64,000 nucleotides of DNA, taken from positions 3,906,001 to 3,970,000 of the forward strand of contig ML978121.1 of assembly GCA_010015805.1 (NCBI GenBank), in the 5' to 3' direction. Made by a program: the position numbers and the translations under genes. Numbering within the stretch: the first letter of the stretch is position 1; every line of letters begins with the position of its first letter. The notes under the pieces are model-generated. The model worked only from the letters and a program-made list of their open reading frames with translations. It searched no databases and was not told the DNA's origin. This stretch comes from Rhizodiscina lignyota. Its lineage: Eukaryota. Positions 1 through 12,471 of this stretch are shown one piece after another.

Positions 1-34
1 ACATTCTATTAAGCGCGCGAAAGAGTATGATTAA

Positions 35-46
35 GGGGGGGGGGGG
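35..46 (+). repeat. G12 homopolymer inside the BRCT-gene intron
   Basis: 12 consecutive G, just downstream (on - strand) of the donor at 55. Confidence 0.9.
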
Positions 47-55
47 AGTGCCTAC

Positions 56-1747
56 CTGTGCTGTTCCTCCGGCTTCTGGAGCTTCACCGTATCTTGAGTC
101 CGGGCTTGCGATACCTCAAATGCGGGATAGCGCTGGAGCCTAGGTGTCTTGCTGTATCCTTCAGTCTTCTCGGAAATGGCGTCAAGGAGGTAGTCGTCGA
201 CGGGGTCTAGTTTCCCGTTATGGTAACTCATCCATAGCCATCTAGCATTAACGACTGGAATCCCGTAGCGGACCGCAAACTGCAGCTTCTCCTGATTTGG
301 AGTTTCAGAATTGCAGATAAGAACAGATGTTCCTTCTTTGAGATATTCATCGTATCTCCCTCCCATCATTTTGATGAATTTGGCCAAGTGGAGGATGTTA
401 ATAGGAGCGAATCCAGTTGAGCAGACGACAACATCCTCGAAGCCTTCTATATGAGACTTTCGAGGAGGGCAGCATAATATCTGCAATGTTTCGTCGTCTG
501 CGGGCTCAACCACTATCTTGCTATGCAGGCAAGTTTCAACCCAGCACTCATTCACCAACTGGAATTTGGCATCGTCTACGATATAATCGTACCGATGCAC
601 ATGCGTGTCGTGCGGGACAACTAGAAAGCCATCGACCTGTTCGTCTTCAGCGGCCTCACGTAGCTCATCCAGCGAAACGACAACGGCGTCGTTTGATATG
701 AGGTGCTGACGTAAAATAGAAGTCTTCTTCTCATCAAATCCGTCAATAGAGACAAGCCGATGTTGGAAAATTCCCGCCCGCTGCAGCTTGCGAGACGGTG
801 CAAGTGCAAGTTTGCCATCGTTATGAGAAGGCTCAGGATCAGGTTCTTGTGTCTCCTCTTCGGTACGCTTCGACATTGTTTGCGAATCGACGTCACCCTC
901 TTCAGGTTGCACATCCGGTTCTTTGTGGTCTTTTTGCTGAGAAGTGATATCTGCCCACATTGCACCGGCCTGGCTGCCAAATTTCTCACTGACTGTCCTC
1001 CTGAGCTTTCGTCGACTGGGAGCTTGAGCAGCTGTTTGTTCGTCCTCCTGTCTCGGTCTCTTACCAATTACAGACTCCAGTGGCATCTTTCGCCATGCGC
1101 CTTGGCCTCTTTCTTCCGATGGAATATTCGGATCGTACAATGTCTCATCCAGAGCCATCCCACGCACGATACTCTCATTCAGCCATTCGAGCGAAACAAC
1201 TTTGACGTTCCATTGGCGCGCATATTCGTACTTCTTTCCTTTTGGAGCGGCAGCGATGAGGTGGGTGATGTCTCGAGTCAAGTCGCCGCTATACTCTGCA
1301 CCAGATCTTCTAACATTTTGGGAGATTTCCTCTCTTTCGTCTAGATCGTCAAATCCAGTAAGACATATCTTCAGGCCGAGGAATGGTGGTGCTCGATATT
1401 CATCCTCCAGTGCTCGTACATCGACATCCTCAGCGGCCATCCAAGTGTCACGTACAGCAAGAACCCAATCCGGGGTCAAGACCTTGATATCGGGGCGTTC
1501 TTTTGCGACGTATCTGTATTTCGGGGTATTAATGTCGCCGATTAAAAGATGCGTCACGTCAGAGGTGAGGTCGTATTTGTGCTCGGCGCCCATTTCCGCT
1601 GCAATTGCGGATATTTTTGTCTGTACAGGAAGGAGGTATTAGTCGAATTGAATGGGTTTACAACTCTGCCTGATCGTAGGACTGGGCACTGACGCGATCC
1701 TCTGGGCCGATGGATGTACAGCACAAAACAACGCCTTTCAAAGGCAT
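56..1747 (-). CDS. DPB11: Tandem-BRCT replication/checkpoint scaffold (Dpb11/Rad4-Cut5/TopBP1-like), 3' part beyond window start
   Basis: Exon 1 1747-1694 (MPLKGVVLCCTSIGPEDR), intron 1693-1621 (GTCAGT..CTAAT..CAG), exon 2 1620-56, then GTAGG donor at 55. Four BRCT-like units (VTHLLIG..KYRY..PDW; ICLTGF..ITHLIA..KYEYA..EW; CWVETC; VCSTGF..KLQFA..RWL). Confidence 0.85.
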
Positions 1748-1842
1748 CTGGCTGGCGTTCTAACTGGCTGTCAGCTTCAATAATGGCCGACACGAACGGA
1801 GTGGACACACTTCTGCTGCCATAATGGTGCATTGCGAGCGGT

Positions 1843-1920
1843 GTCGCGTTGTCTGGGACTGGGTCTCTCGTCGGCGTGTCTCGAGCAGTCTGGACAGGCG
1901 CGTCGTCTGGTCCGACGCGT
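1843..1920. promoter_or_regulatory. Cluster of MCB-like (ACGCG core) cell-cycle boxes upstream of the BRCT gene
   Basis: ACGCGT at 1915-1920, plus ACGCGA (~1844-1849) and ACGCGC (~1898-1903) on the - strand, 100-170 nt upstream of the ATG at 1747. Confidence 0.5.
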
Positions 1921-3956
1921 ATCTGCGCTGCCAAGAGCTGCATGTGCGGCCTAACCCCAGATGCCCTAGCGCCTGGTCGACGCCACGCCGTTAAAACCCC
2001 GCATCAACCCCGGGAGAATCGGCAATCGGCATGTGGTGAATCTCTCATCGGCCGCGCTTCATCCTGTCGTGGCAGGTGCATCCACCTCCGCAGAGCTCCA
2101 ACCTTCACCACGCACTGCTCATGAAGTCTTTCTCGGCCGCAGTCGGAGACATGGAGATGACCCTCAGTCAGGCCACTGTGGACATCACATGCTTGTATAA
2201 TAAAGCTCGCTGAAGGCGACACAGGCGAGAGCCAGCACTGCTTGACGTCCTTCAGCCGCCAATAGCCCTCTCCGCGGAAGAACTCCGAGCAAATCCCTCC
2301 GGCAGATCCACATGTAAATGCAGTATAGCGTGAGGATCACCTGCGACTTTGCAGCTTTGCAACTCCAACCATCCGACTCTCATATCGGATCATGTACAAT
2401 ATGCACCTCAGGACCCTGCGTCTAGGCGCCGGCCTGGCTGGGCAAAAGATGACCAAAGCGGAATCAGACAGAGGTACACGAGAGGATTACTTTGGAAATA
2501 CGCGCTCTCTCAGTCATCTGGCCAGCAAGACGGATTACTCCAGGCTGAGGCATTGGCCGGTGGAGCTCAAAGAGGGTCCATCGGCAGCACCGGATGTACC
2601 TTGCTAACATAAACATGCGTCTGGGAGGCGGCGGACTGGCGCAGTAGATTAGCGAATGACGCGAGACGAATGGGCACTGCCGCATCTTGCGTGGCCCTCT
2701 CGTTTTCCATGCATTCTAGGGTGGAATCACTGTGCTTGACCAGGGCAACTGGGTGAGCGAGTGGTGAGAGCGTCTTGCATAAGGACGCAGAAGATGATGC
2801 CGAATGCTCCGCCCTCGCAACGCTCTCGCTTCCCCCAAGAAACGCCCTCGAAATGCCGGCGCGCTGCAGCGCGTTCGGGCCCAGGCGTTCGTTAGTAACG
2901 CAACGGGCAGCGGGAGCTGTCTGATGTCATCAAGCCCCGGACGCTGCGCTGTGCGGTAGGATCCAGGTGCGTCTCTGGTGCGCGCTGAAATAGATGTGAA
3001 AAGCCTTGAATTGAGCACGAGAGCGAAAAGACCTTGCTCCCCTGCCTTGTTTTCGCGCGAGCAGAAACTCGCTGCGGAGATCTTCACTTCCAACCTCGAC
3101 TTGCCCTCTGCCACGCTCTCCTTCGTCCCGATTCGCGGATCGCCGGCCAGCTTCCTTGAACAAGTCGCGCAGGCCATCGTCACAGCGCCGTAAAGGGTAG
3201 GCTGCCCCAACCTGAAAACCCTGCTGCTGCTCTGCCCTTAAGTGCCTTAACTGGCGCGAGTTAGCTGGCGCTCACGCATGCGTGCAGTGTCCCACCGAGA
3301 CCTCACGTCGACCGAACCTCCTCCCCATTGAATCGGCGCGTCGTGTGCCGCGGCTTTGACACAGCAGCAGTCATCGCGCTCCCTCACCGCTGCCGCTTCC
3401 AGCAGACAGACTCCCCCAGCGCGAAAAAAGCTAAGTTGGAGCCAAAAGCAAGGAGCCCCCTTTCGACGAGTGAGCTGCCAGCAAAGCGTCGATAGCAGCG
3501 CACAGGGAGCCCTCCCGTTTTTGCCGTCCAGCGTCCAATTGCTTCTCCGCCAGCTTGGAATGGGTGGCGCCCCTCATGCTTCTGGCACAACTCGTGAGAC
3601 GATCGCATTGAAGCAATTAATCACCGTATCCCTTTGCTGCGTGCCTTCCTATCCGTCACAGTGAGTCTTGCATTTCCTAGCCTCCTGTCGGTTGTGGCTT
3701 CCCTGATCTGAATTCGCACGTATGCCTTCGCATTCCCTGCTCTGTTCCGCAACACCTGTGCCATATGGCCCGTCCTGCCAAACTCTGCTGCTCGAAAAGG
3801 TCGTCTGCAAGGCATTGTGTGCGAGCGCTTGCCTTGTCAGGCTCCGAGCAGCTGGTTCAGGCGCTCGAATTGTGCCCAAAGGCGCATTTCCTCTGTTTAC
3901 GTCTTCCTTCGTTCACCATTGCCTCATGAGGCTTTTCCTGCACGCCGAACAGCACA

Positions 3957-6672
3957 ATGCAATCCCACCATAGTTTGTTCTGGTCACCAACTCAAATAGG
4001 CTTTGTTCAAGTTCATAGCGACCGCGGTCGACTATTCTACCTTCCATACCACCTCCCTCGCGAAGATCCTCCCGGCCCAGGATACTTCGCAGGCCGATCG
4101 GCACGCCCTCATCGCATTCACATAGCTCGGACCAACGCAGACCACGCTCTCCGAGTCGAGCACAGAGACAGATCGCGCTCGAGCTTTTCAGACCTCTTCG
4201 AAAAATCCTTCGACAAAGCGTTTGGGAAGCTGGCGTATCCCCGCGAGAACGCAAAGCGGTTTCTTCGAGCATTCATCGCCCTTCCCCAAACCAACCCCAG
4301 CACAGACGACCCGCTGGCGACCGCGGAGCCCCAGATAACTAACCCGACCAAGCGGCGGTCTTGGCGGGGGAAGCGGCGGTCTATAGTCGAGGCAGAGAGC
4401 ATGCGGACCAGCGCTCGAAGTTCAGTGGTTGATCCGGTGGCTTCGGCTGGAATGTTGTCAAGACCGTCACTCGATAACGCAACGCTCTGGCCAGGCCCAG
4501 GGCAGGCCCACGGGCTTGGTACGGTGGGGAGAATACCGGATGACAAGCCACTCGCAAGTGGAAATGGCGTCAGCGTGGGCATATCGCTGGCAGAGCCAGT
4601 ACTGTTCTTGCAGGGCTTTGAACAGTCTGAATTGTCAAACAGGAGCACGGCCATGCTAAGAGGAAGCTTACATTTGAAAGTCACGAAGGCGACGAAGATA
4701 AGAGCGGTCACATTGAAATTCAAGGGACAGGCAACTACAAAGTGGCCGGAAGGTGGGTTGTTCAACGCTCGAGTGGACTACTGCGGATCTGACTGAAATT
4801 TTAGGCATACCCCCCAAGAAACAAGAAACAGAAGAAACCGATACTATTATGAGCCATACCTGGCCGTTCTTTAATGCCCAATTTCCTACAGCAGAGTTCG
4901 GGTCGGGTGCGGATCATGTCGAACTCACGAGACAGGAATCTCCTCCAGACCAGGCAGTTTCCCCAGCACCGACTTCGCGTACGTCGTTTGCGGCATCACA
5001 TTTCCGCCGCTCTCCCATGAACTCTTCCACCAATCTCACCAAAACTGCCAAAAGTGAACACAAGCGGTTGTCTCTTCAAGTGAATCAGTCTCGGAGCTTT
5101 GGCAAGGGCGAGTCGCCGAACCCTGGCCCAACAGTAGCGCAAAAAGGCCACAGGAATTTCTCGCCTGGTGACTACATCTACAACTTTGAGCTTCCGCTGG
5201 ACTCGCATATCCCCGAGACAATCGATGTGGAACTGGGTTCCGTCAAGTATGAGCTGGAAGCAACCGTGGAGCGATCTGGGACGTTCAAGTCTAATCTTAT
5301 TGGCACGAAAGAAGTCTTGCTCATCCGAACGCCCGCAGAAGGATCACTGGAACAAGTCGAGCCGATTGCTATAAGTCGAAATTGGGAGGATCAGCTTCAC
5401 TATGATATTGTCATCTCTGGAAAGTCGTTCCCTCTTGGTGCTCAGGTGCCCATTGCATTCAAACTTACTCCGCTTGCAAAAGTACAATGTCACAGGATAA
5501 AAGTATTTGTGACGGAGAACGTTGAATATTACTGCAACAACAAGCGAGTCCATCGGATGGGCGGAACCAGGAAAGTGCAGCTCTTCGAGAAACGTGCGGA
5601 TGGTCCCAGTGTCTCCACATTCCCTGGCAGCTCAATGCGAATATTATCGGGCGGAGGTCTTTCGTATGACCAGCGAGTAGCGGCAGCAAGAGGTGAAGAA
5701 GTCACACCACCGGACACGACTAACTTATTGGGTGACCTGGAAAACGGCAGTATGAGCATTGGACCTACCGAGATGGAGTTCAACGTCCAGCTGCCGAGTT
5801 GCACCAACATGAAGGATAATCAAAAGGACAGCAAGCTACATTTCGACACGACATATCAAAATATACAAGTACATCACTGGATCAAGGTAGGACATGCCTA
5901 TTCAGCAGCTTAGCCACCACTTGCTCATCTCACCTAACAGATCGTCATGCGTCTCTCCAAACCCGACGCCGAAAATCCCGGCAAGCGTCGCCATTTCGAA
6001 ATCTCCATCGACTCCCCCTTCCACATCCTGTCCTGCCGTGCCACGCAAGCCAACATCGCGCTCCCGGCTTACTCCTCTCCGCAGCAACCCGGGAACGACG
6101 ACGCACGCCTATACGAGTGCGGATGTCCCGGAGCAGCGCAGCGCCCCGGTTCCTCCCCAATCTCATACATTCCCACACTAAATAACCTTAACGCCGAGCG
6201 CACCAGCACCGACGAAAGCAGTCCACCAAATAGCCGCACTACTTCCGACGACAGCGTTCCTGGCCTCGCGCGCCCTCAAGCCGCACACATTAGCGGTGCA
6301 AACGAAAACCTCCAGCGTCCAATGCACCTCCTCCGCGCACCGTCTTTCAACCCGCCCGCATTCGAAGACGAAGAGCCTCCTCCACCGCTTGAGACGCCGC
6401 CGCCGCAGTACGATAGTATTGCGAGCCCGACGAGCGGGCTGGCGGATTATTTCAGCAGGTTGAGCGATGCATATGAGAATGAGAGCGAGGGCAGCGATAC
6501 GGATCGCGAGGCAGGGACGCCAACGGGAGGTGCGGTTGCGGTCGACGATGGAATGATGAGGGGTGGGAGGAGTAGGGTGCGGATTCCACTGACGCCGGGA
6601 GGACGGGTGAATAGGAGTATGGATGCGCCGAGGACATGGGCGCCTGTGGGGGTGGAAGAGGCGAGGGTGTAG
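3957..6672 (+). CDS. Alpha-arrestin / Rsp5 (HECT ligase) adaptor, Aly1/ApyA-like
   Basis: Exons 3957(or 4401)-4752, 4805-5886, 5941-6672 with GT..AG introns restoring frame. Motifs AEPVLFLQGF, LRGSLHL, TKWPEGIPP, YNFELPLDSHIPETI, IQVHHWIKIVMRLS, FEISIDSPFHILSC; PY motifs LPAY and PPQY. Start codon uncertain. Confidence 0.9.
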
Positions 6673-7887
6673 TTGGGAGTTGGAGAGGATGATGAATTAT
6701 GATGATGGAAGAGGGTATGAGGCATGATTCCTATGTTGTTATGATGGTATGGGTTCATGAGGGATGAGTGCGATGCACAGGAGCATTGGGTTTCGGATAG
6801 GAACCCACTGCGCACTTCTGCGACGACGACTTGTACGCATTGTGCACAAGGACGTGGCCATGATGCAGCAAGGAAAAGGCAGTACAGGAGTTGAATTTGG
6901 TGCCATGTAGATATCTCTCTGGGCATTTCGCATATTGGCCAGCATCGTTTGCTTTGCTTTTTTCCTTTTCTCTTCACTTTATCGTATCTCACAAGCAAAA
7001 ATTGCAGCGCCAGCCAATTGCAAGGCTGGGATACAGCATGAGGCAGAATAATGCAATGCTTAATTCTCTCACTGTTCCATACAAGGTTATTACCCCAAAA
7101 TAATACAGGCTAAGATACCTCCTAACCTCGAATTGCTCACCATCCACTGGTCAGACCTCCCCATGTAATTGCACCAAGAGCGCTGTGTCCCCCATAATCT
7201 GATTCTGGGAATAACTTGTGCTGGAAATAATCGCATGTCCCGGCTCGGGCGTGGTTGGACCGCAGAAATCTCGAAATTCAGCAAGCGTGTCTGGGGCGAT
7301 ATCTCGGAGTGGCGCCACCACGCCTCACATCACCATTTCATGCACGCCTCTTAATCATCCGCCCTCTCATCTGATCATCCTTGCAGCGGGATCTGCCCGG
7401 TGGCGTCGCACTCGCTTCGGCGCTTTTTCTGCGCTGCGGGCTGTGCATCGTACGAAGCTCTCGCATTTTGGTGGTTGTGTGCGCGCGAGAAAAAAAAAGT
7501 CTCGGCGCGAGAGACGAACGTCACTCTGTCTGGAATTACTGCGCGTCACGTCACTGCTTTGTTGAGGGTGAAAAACGTGTCGTGCGTGGATTGAGTAGCT
7601 CTATGCAGTGGAATTGACTCCCATTCGAGCGACGTGGACGGCCGCAAGAGCTTGGAATAGTGACGCTGACACCGAGCGTGTGGGAGCTCCAACGCAACAG
7701 ACGACTGAGGAATTGACGCGTTGAACGGGATCTGCATGCTTTACTGGGCATTGTAGAGCCCCTGAGGAAGCCCAATACACAATTTCTTGGGATATCGCGA
7801 CGCCCTCTCAGCCAATTGGACGTCTGAGCACTCATTCCATCTCCGACGCTCCTCTACCTCGACCTCCACCTTCGAAAACCCACAGCC

Positions 7888-9176
7888 ATGCCATCCATCC
7901 CCTCACCAAGCGATGACCTCCTCCCCTCCACCTCCCTCAACCAACCCTCCGGCGCCATCCCCACGAAAACCCTCACCCCCTCCACCAACCCCTCCTCCAC
8001 ACTCCCGCCCATCAGAATCGGCACGCGCCGCAGCAAGCTCGCGCGCATCCAGACCGACATTATCGTCTCGGCGCTGCAGAAAGCATGGCCGGAGCGCGCG
8101 TACGAGGTCGTGGCAATGGACCCGCTGGGTGACAGGGATAAGAATACGCCGCTGCATGCGATGGGCGCGAAGAGCCTATGGACGGCGGAGCTGGAGGTTC
8201 TGCTGGAGAAAGGGGTGGAGACGAGGGGGGCGGAGGGGAGGGAGAGTGAGGGATTGGATGTTATTGTGCATAGTTGTAAAGGTGAGGGGGATTTCTTCTG
8301 TTGTTCTACTTGATGCTTTGAGCTCTATGCGGCGCAATTGAGCATTCGGCACTTTCTAATTGCGATGAAGCAAAGAGGAAAGCCATGTTCTAATACAAAC
8401 CAGATATGCCAACCCAACTCCCACTCAACCTCTCCCTAGGTTGCACTCCCCCAAGAGCAAACCCCTTCGACGCCCTCGTCCTCTCGCCCGCCTCCATCTC
8501 TGCGGGTCACACCTCTCTCCACACCCTTCCTGCCGGCTCCGTCATTGGCACTTCTTCTCTCCGCCGCGTCGCACAGCTAAAGCGCTCGTACCCCAACCTC
8601 GCATTCGCCGACTGTCGCGGTAACGTACCCACACGGCTAGCAAAGCTCGACGCTGAGGATGGTCAGTATGCGGCACTTATACTAGCGGCTGCAGGACTAG
8701 AGCGCTTGGATCTAGGCGCACGGATTAGCAAGGCGTTGAATTGGAAGGATGATGGGGTTATGTATGCGGTTAGTCAGGGCGCTATTGGGGTTGAAGTAAG
8801 GGAAGGTGATGAAGAGGTGGCTAAGTTATTGGAGAAAGTGGATTGTGAATGGACGCATCGGATGTGTCTTGCTGAGCGGAGTTTGATGAGGACGCTAGAG
8901 GGTGGTTGCTCAGTTCCGATTGGAGTTGAAACGGAATGGTTGAAGAAGGAGGACGGGGCGAGCGGGAATGGGGAGATGTTGATGAGAGGGATTGTTGTCA
9001 GCCTTGATGGAAAGGAGAGCGTCACGGGGGAGTTGACGAAGGTCATCAAGAGCAGGGATGACGTGGACTCGTTTGGGAGGGAGATGGCGAAGGTGCTGGT
9101 GGAGAAGGGTGCTGATAAGATCCTCCAGGAGATTAATCTGGACAGAGGGGTGCTTGCTCAAGGAGGTGTGGCTTGA
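7888..9176 (+). CDS. HEM3: Porphobilinogen deaminase (hydroxymethylbilane synthase)
   Basis: Exons 7888-8281 and 8404-9176. Motifs IRIGTRRSKLA, VHSCKDMPT across the splice, GTSSLRR, RGNVPTRL, cofactor Cys in LEGGCSVPIG. Confidence 0.97.
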
Positions 9177-9572
9177 GTTGAGATGCGGCTGTATCAACTT
9201 TCAGACTTGCAAAGTTGCTGTTCGGAATCATGCTGAAAATGCATCACGAGGAGAAGCGTTAACATCGAGAGTGTCTCGAACTCACGAATGACTATATTTC
9301 AATGATATCACTGATGATACCATAGCTCATGGCTCAGAAGAAAACGCAATGAATATACTTTAGAAACAGTTGAACAAAGAAAAGTAAAGAAAATTGCATG
9401 CAGCGGATATGGAAATGGAGGCGTCAAGCCGAACCACATGTTGCTCGGATATCCCGAGGAGTATCAAGAAAAGCTCGACGCCCTGCCACCAACCCAATTT
9501 CGGAAAAAGTCAAATCCTAAGTAGTGTCTTACTCCAATTCTTCAATCATATAATAGTTTCTCATAGTTTCTA

Positions 9573-9995
9573 GGCTAGAAAGCTACATTGATATTTCTCG
9601 CCATGAATATGCGCGAGTCATGCGGTCGGGACGTCATTCTCCCAGGCCCGAATATTTCCACTCGACATTTCTCCACCGGCATCAGGCGACATGCCTCATT
9701 GAGCATCTGCGTGGACCCACTGTCCAATCTAACAGGCTGATTCTCTTCCCTCATGACGTTATTTCCTCCAGATTACTTCGCCAAGAGCCGCTGTCATCCG
9801 TCGCTCTCCCCGCTCGCGATGTCGGTGAGCGAGGGAGCTGCTTGTTGATCTCCCGTCAGGAACAGGAATCGTTCAAGGAAAAGAGTGCCGTTGGCAAAGT
9901 TTCCCCTCATCCTCCAAAGTTTCCTTTGAAAGGTTTCTCCGCTTTGTGACTGTCGTTTAGGCTGAAGTCAATAGGTAGGTGATTCTGCTATATAT
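9573..9995 (+). promoter_or_regulatory. GH31 promoter with putative XlnR and CreA sites and a TATA box
   Basis: GGCTAG 9573, GGCTGA 9735 and 9960; SYGGRG on - strand at 9671, 9766, 9808, 9937; TATATAT 9989-9995. Confidence 0.45.
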
Positions 9996-10101
9996 CTTCT
10001 AATTTCACAATGGTACGCGGCGTGTAGAGCAGCGGCCGTTGCCAACGTCAATATCCAGGCTTGAGGTTGATAGCCTTCGATTGAAAGGCTTATCTTTCGC
10101 C

Positions 10102-12390
10102 ATGAAGCCTCTTAGCGTTCTTGCTGCTTTCATATCAGCCCTAATTCCATTCAGTTCTGCCCAGAGTTCTTCGTCTGGCTCGCCATGTTCAGCACCGAGC
10201 TCGAAAGGCTTCCGCATGAAGCATGGTTTTGAGACTGTCCTCGTGCAACCATTCGGCTGCGATGGCTTCCGAGTACGAGCTTGGCCGTTCAAGCCTCCTG
10301 CAGGAAATGAGATCAGCTTCCTTTACGATCCCCCGTTGGAAGGATTCGAGAATGGTAAAGCCCATGGGATGAGCTTCGACACAACCTCGACCGGCAACAC
10401 ATCTGTAGAGCTTAGGAATGGCAAAATCCTTATGCGGACTATAGGTGGGACTTACCAGTACAACACAAGTCTGGCATTCTACAGAGTGGAAGACGATGGC
10501 TCCGAGAGCTTGCTGCTCAACGAGTATTCGCCGACCAAGTCTAAAAACCCGAGATATTACGAATGGAATGGACCAGGTAGCGAATTCTATGCCGAATTTG
10601 CCTGGACATCCGATCCAACTGAGCAGATTTATGGTACTGGACAACAGCAGGATCACATGGTCAACAAGAAAGGCCAGACCATTGATCTCCTCAACTTTAA
10701 CTCGTACATTCCAACTCCAATGTTCATGAGTAACAGAGGCTATGGCTTCGTTTGGAACTCTGCTGCTGAAGGCCGCATGGAATTTGGCCCGTTCAGAACC
10801 AGAATCACGTCTGATGCGAGTTCAGTAGTCGACTATGTCATTTTGACTGCGGACAAAGGTGACTATGATGGGCTGCAGCAAAAGCTTTCAGCTGTTACCG
10901 GAAGAGCCCCAACACCACCAGATTGGTATTTCTCACTGCGTCTATTGCTATACTAGAGATTAACTTATCATAGGTCGCTCGGCTATTTGCACTCCAAACT
11001 CCGATACGAGAACCAAACCGAGATCCTTCTCCTTGCAAACAATTTCAAGAAATACCAAATTCCAGTATCGCTTATTGTGATCGACTACCAGTCTTGGGCA
11101 CATCAAGGCGACTGGGGACTGGACCCGGGGTTGTGGCCAAACGTCTCTTACATGGCTGAGCAGGTGAAGAAAATTACTGGTGCAGAGATGATGGCTTCGC
11201 TCTGGCCAAGTGTCGAGGATGCCTCCGAGAATTACCTCTACATGCAAGCAAATGGCCTGCTCTCTGCTACACGGTCTGGCCCTGGCACGACAGATTCATG
11301 GAACGGGTCGTATATCCGCAATTACGATGCTACCAATCCGGAGGCACGTGAGTTCCTGTGGAACACACTCAAGCGAAACTACTTCGACAAGGGTATCAAG
11401 AATTTCTGGATCGACCAAGCAGATGGTGGTGCACTGGGTGAGGCGTGGGAAAATAATGGCCAGGACAGCTATATCGAATCGCTCCCATATGCACTGCCTG
11501 ATGTTCTGTATCACACTGGCACTCAAAAATCGACCGGCAAACTGTATCCATGGGCTCATCAACAAGCTATAGAAGAAGGTCAACGCAATGCCACCGACAC
11601 AAAGCCAGGCTCCGCTTGCGAATATCTCTCCCTCTCGCGCTCCGGCTACATCGGCTCCCAACGCTTCTGCAGCATGATCTGGAGCGGCGACACAACCGCC
11701 GTCTGGAACACACTCGCATTGCAAGTTTCTGCAGGCCTCTCCATGGCCGCCACCGGTATGGGCTGGTGGACTCTTGATGCCGGCGGCTTCCAGTCCGACC
11801 CCACCGTCTCCTGGAGCAACAACATCGACGAGCCGCAGTACCGCGAGCTGTACGTGCGCTGGCAGCAGTGGAGCACATTCCTCCCCTTCATGCGCAACCA
11901 TGGCAGCCGCGCGTGCAACCACCTGCACGCCTTCACTTGCGACAACGAGCCGTGGACGTACGGCGCGCAAAATACCCCCATCATCAAGAGCTACATCGAG
12001 ATGCGCTATGCGCTGCACGACTACGTCAAGGCTGTCTTTGCACAGTTCAGTAAATCCGGGAGGATGATTATGCGCCCGCTGTATATGGACTTTGAGACGA
12101 CGGACTCGAAGATTAGTAACATGGTTAGAACGAATACCAATGCGACGACACAGCAGTATATGTTTGGGCCTAGGTTGCTTGTCACGCCTGTTACGCTGCC
12201 GGGGAAGAAGGAGTGGGATGTCTATCTGCCGCAGACGAAGAATGGGAATGGAACGAAGCCATGGACTTATTGGTGGACGAATCAGACGTATGCTGGTGGC
12301 CAGACTGTTACAGTTCCAGCACCTTTGGAGCACATTCCGCTGTTCCATCTGGGGAGCAGGGGTGATGTCGTATCAGGGAATGTCTTTTGA
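10102..12390 (+). CDS. Secreted glycoside hydrolase family 31, probable alpha-xylosidase (AxlA-like)
   Basis: Signal peptide MKPLSVLAAFISALIPFSSAQ; exons 10102-10925 and 10974-12390 (PPDW|SLGYLHSKLRY). Nucleophile region FWIDQADGG, acid/base WSGDT, plus LDAGGF, FMRNHG, QYMFGP. Confidence 0.9.
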
Positions 12391-12471
12391 GGTTGGAAGC
12401 ATCAAAGCCTGAGCTCACACCAGCATTGTAGATAGTGTTCAATTGCAGATATGGTGGGAAGGAACTTTTGA

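Noticed and set aside
11296..12348. 350-aa - strand ORF
   Set aside because: Antisense shadow of the GH31 exon with strong codon bias.
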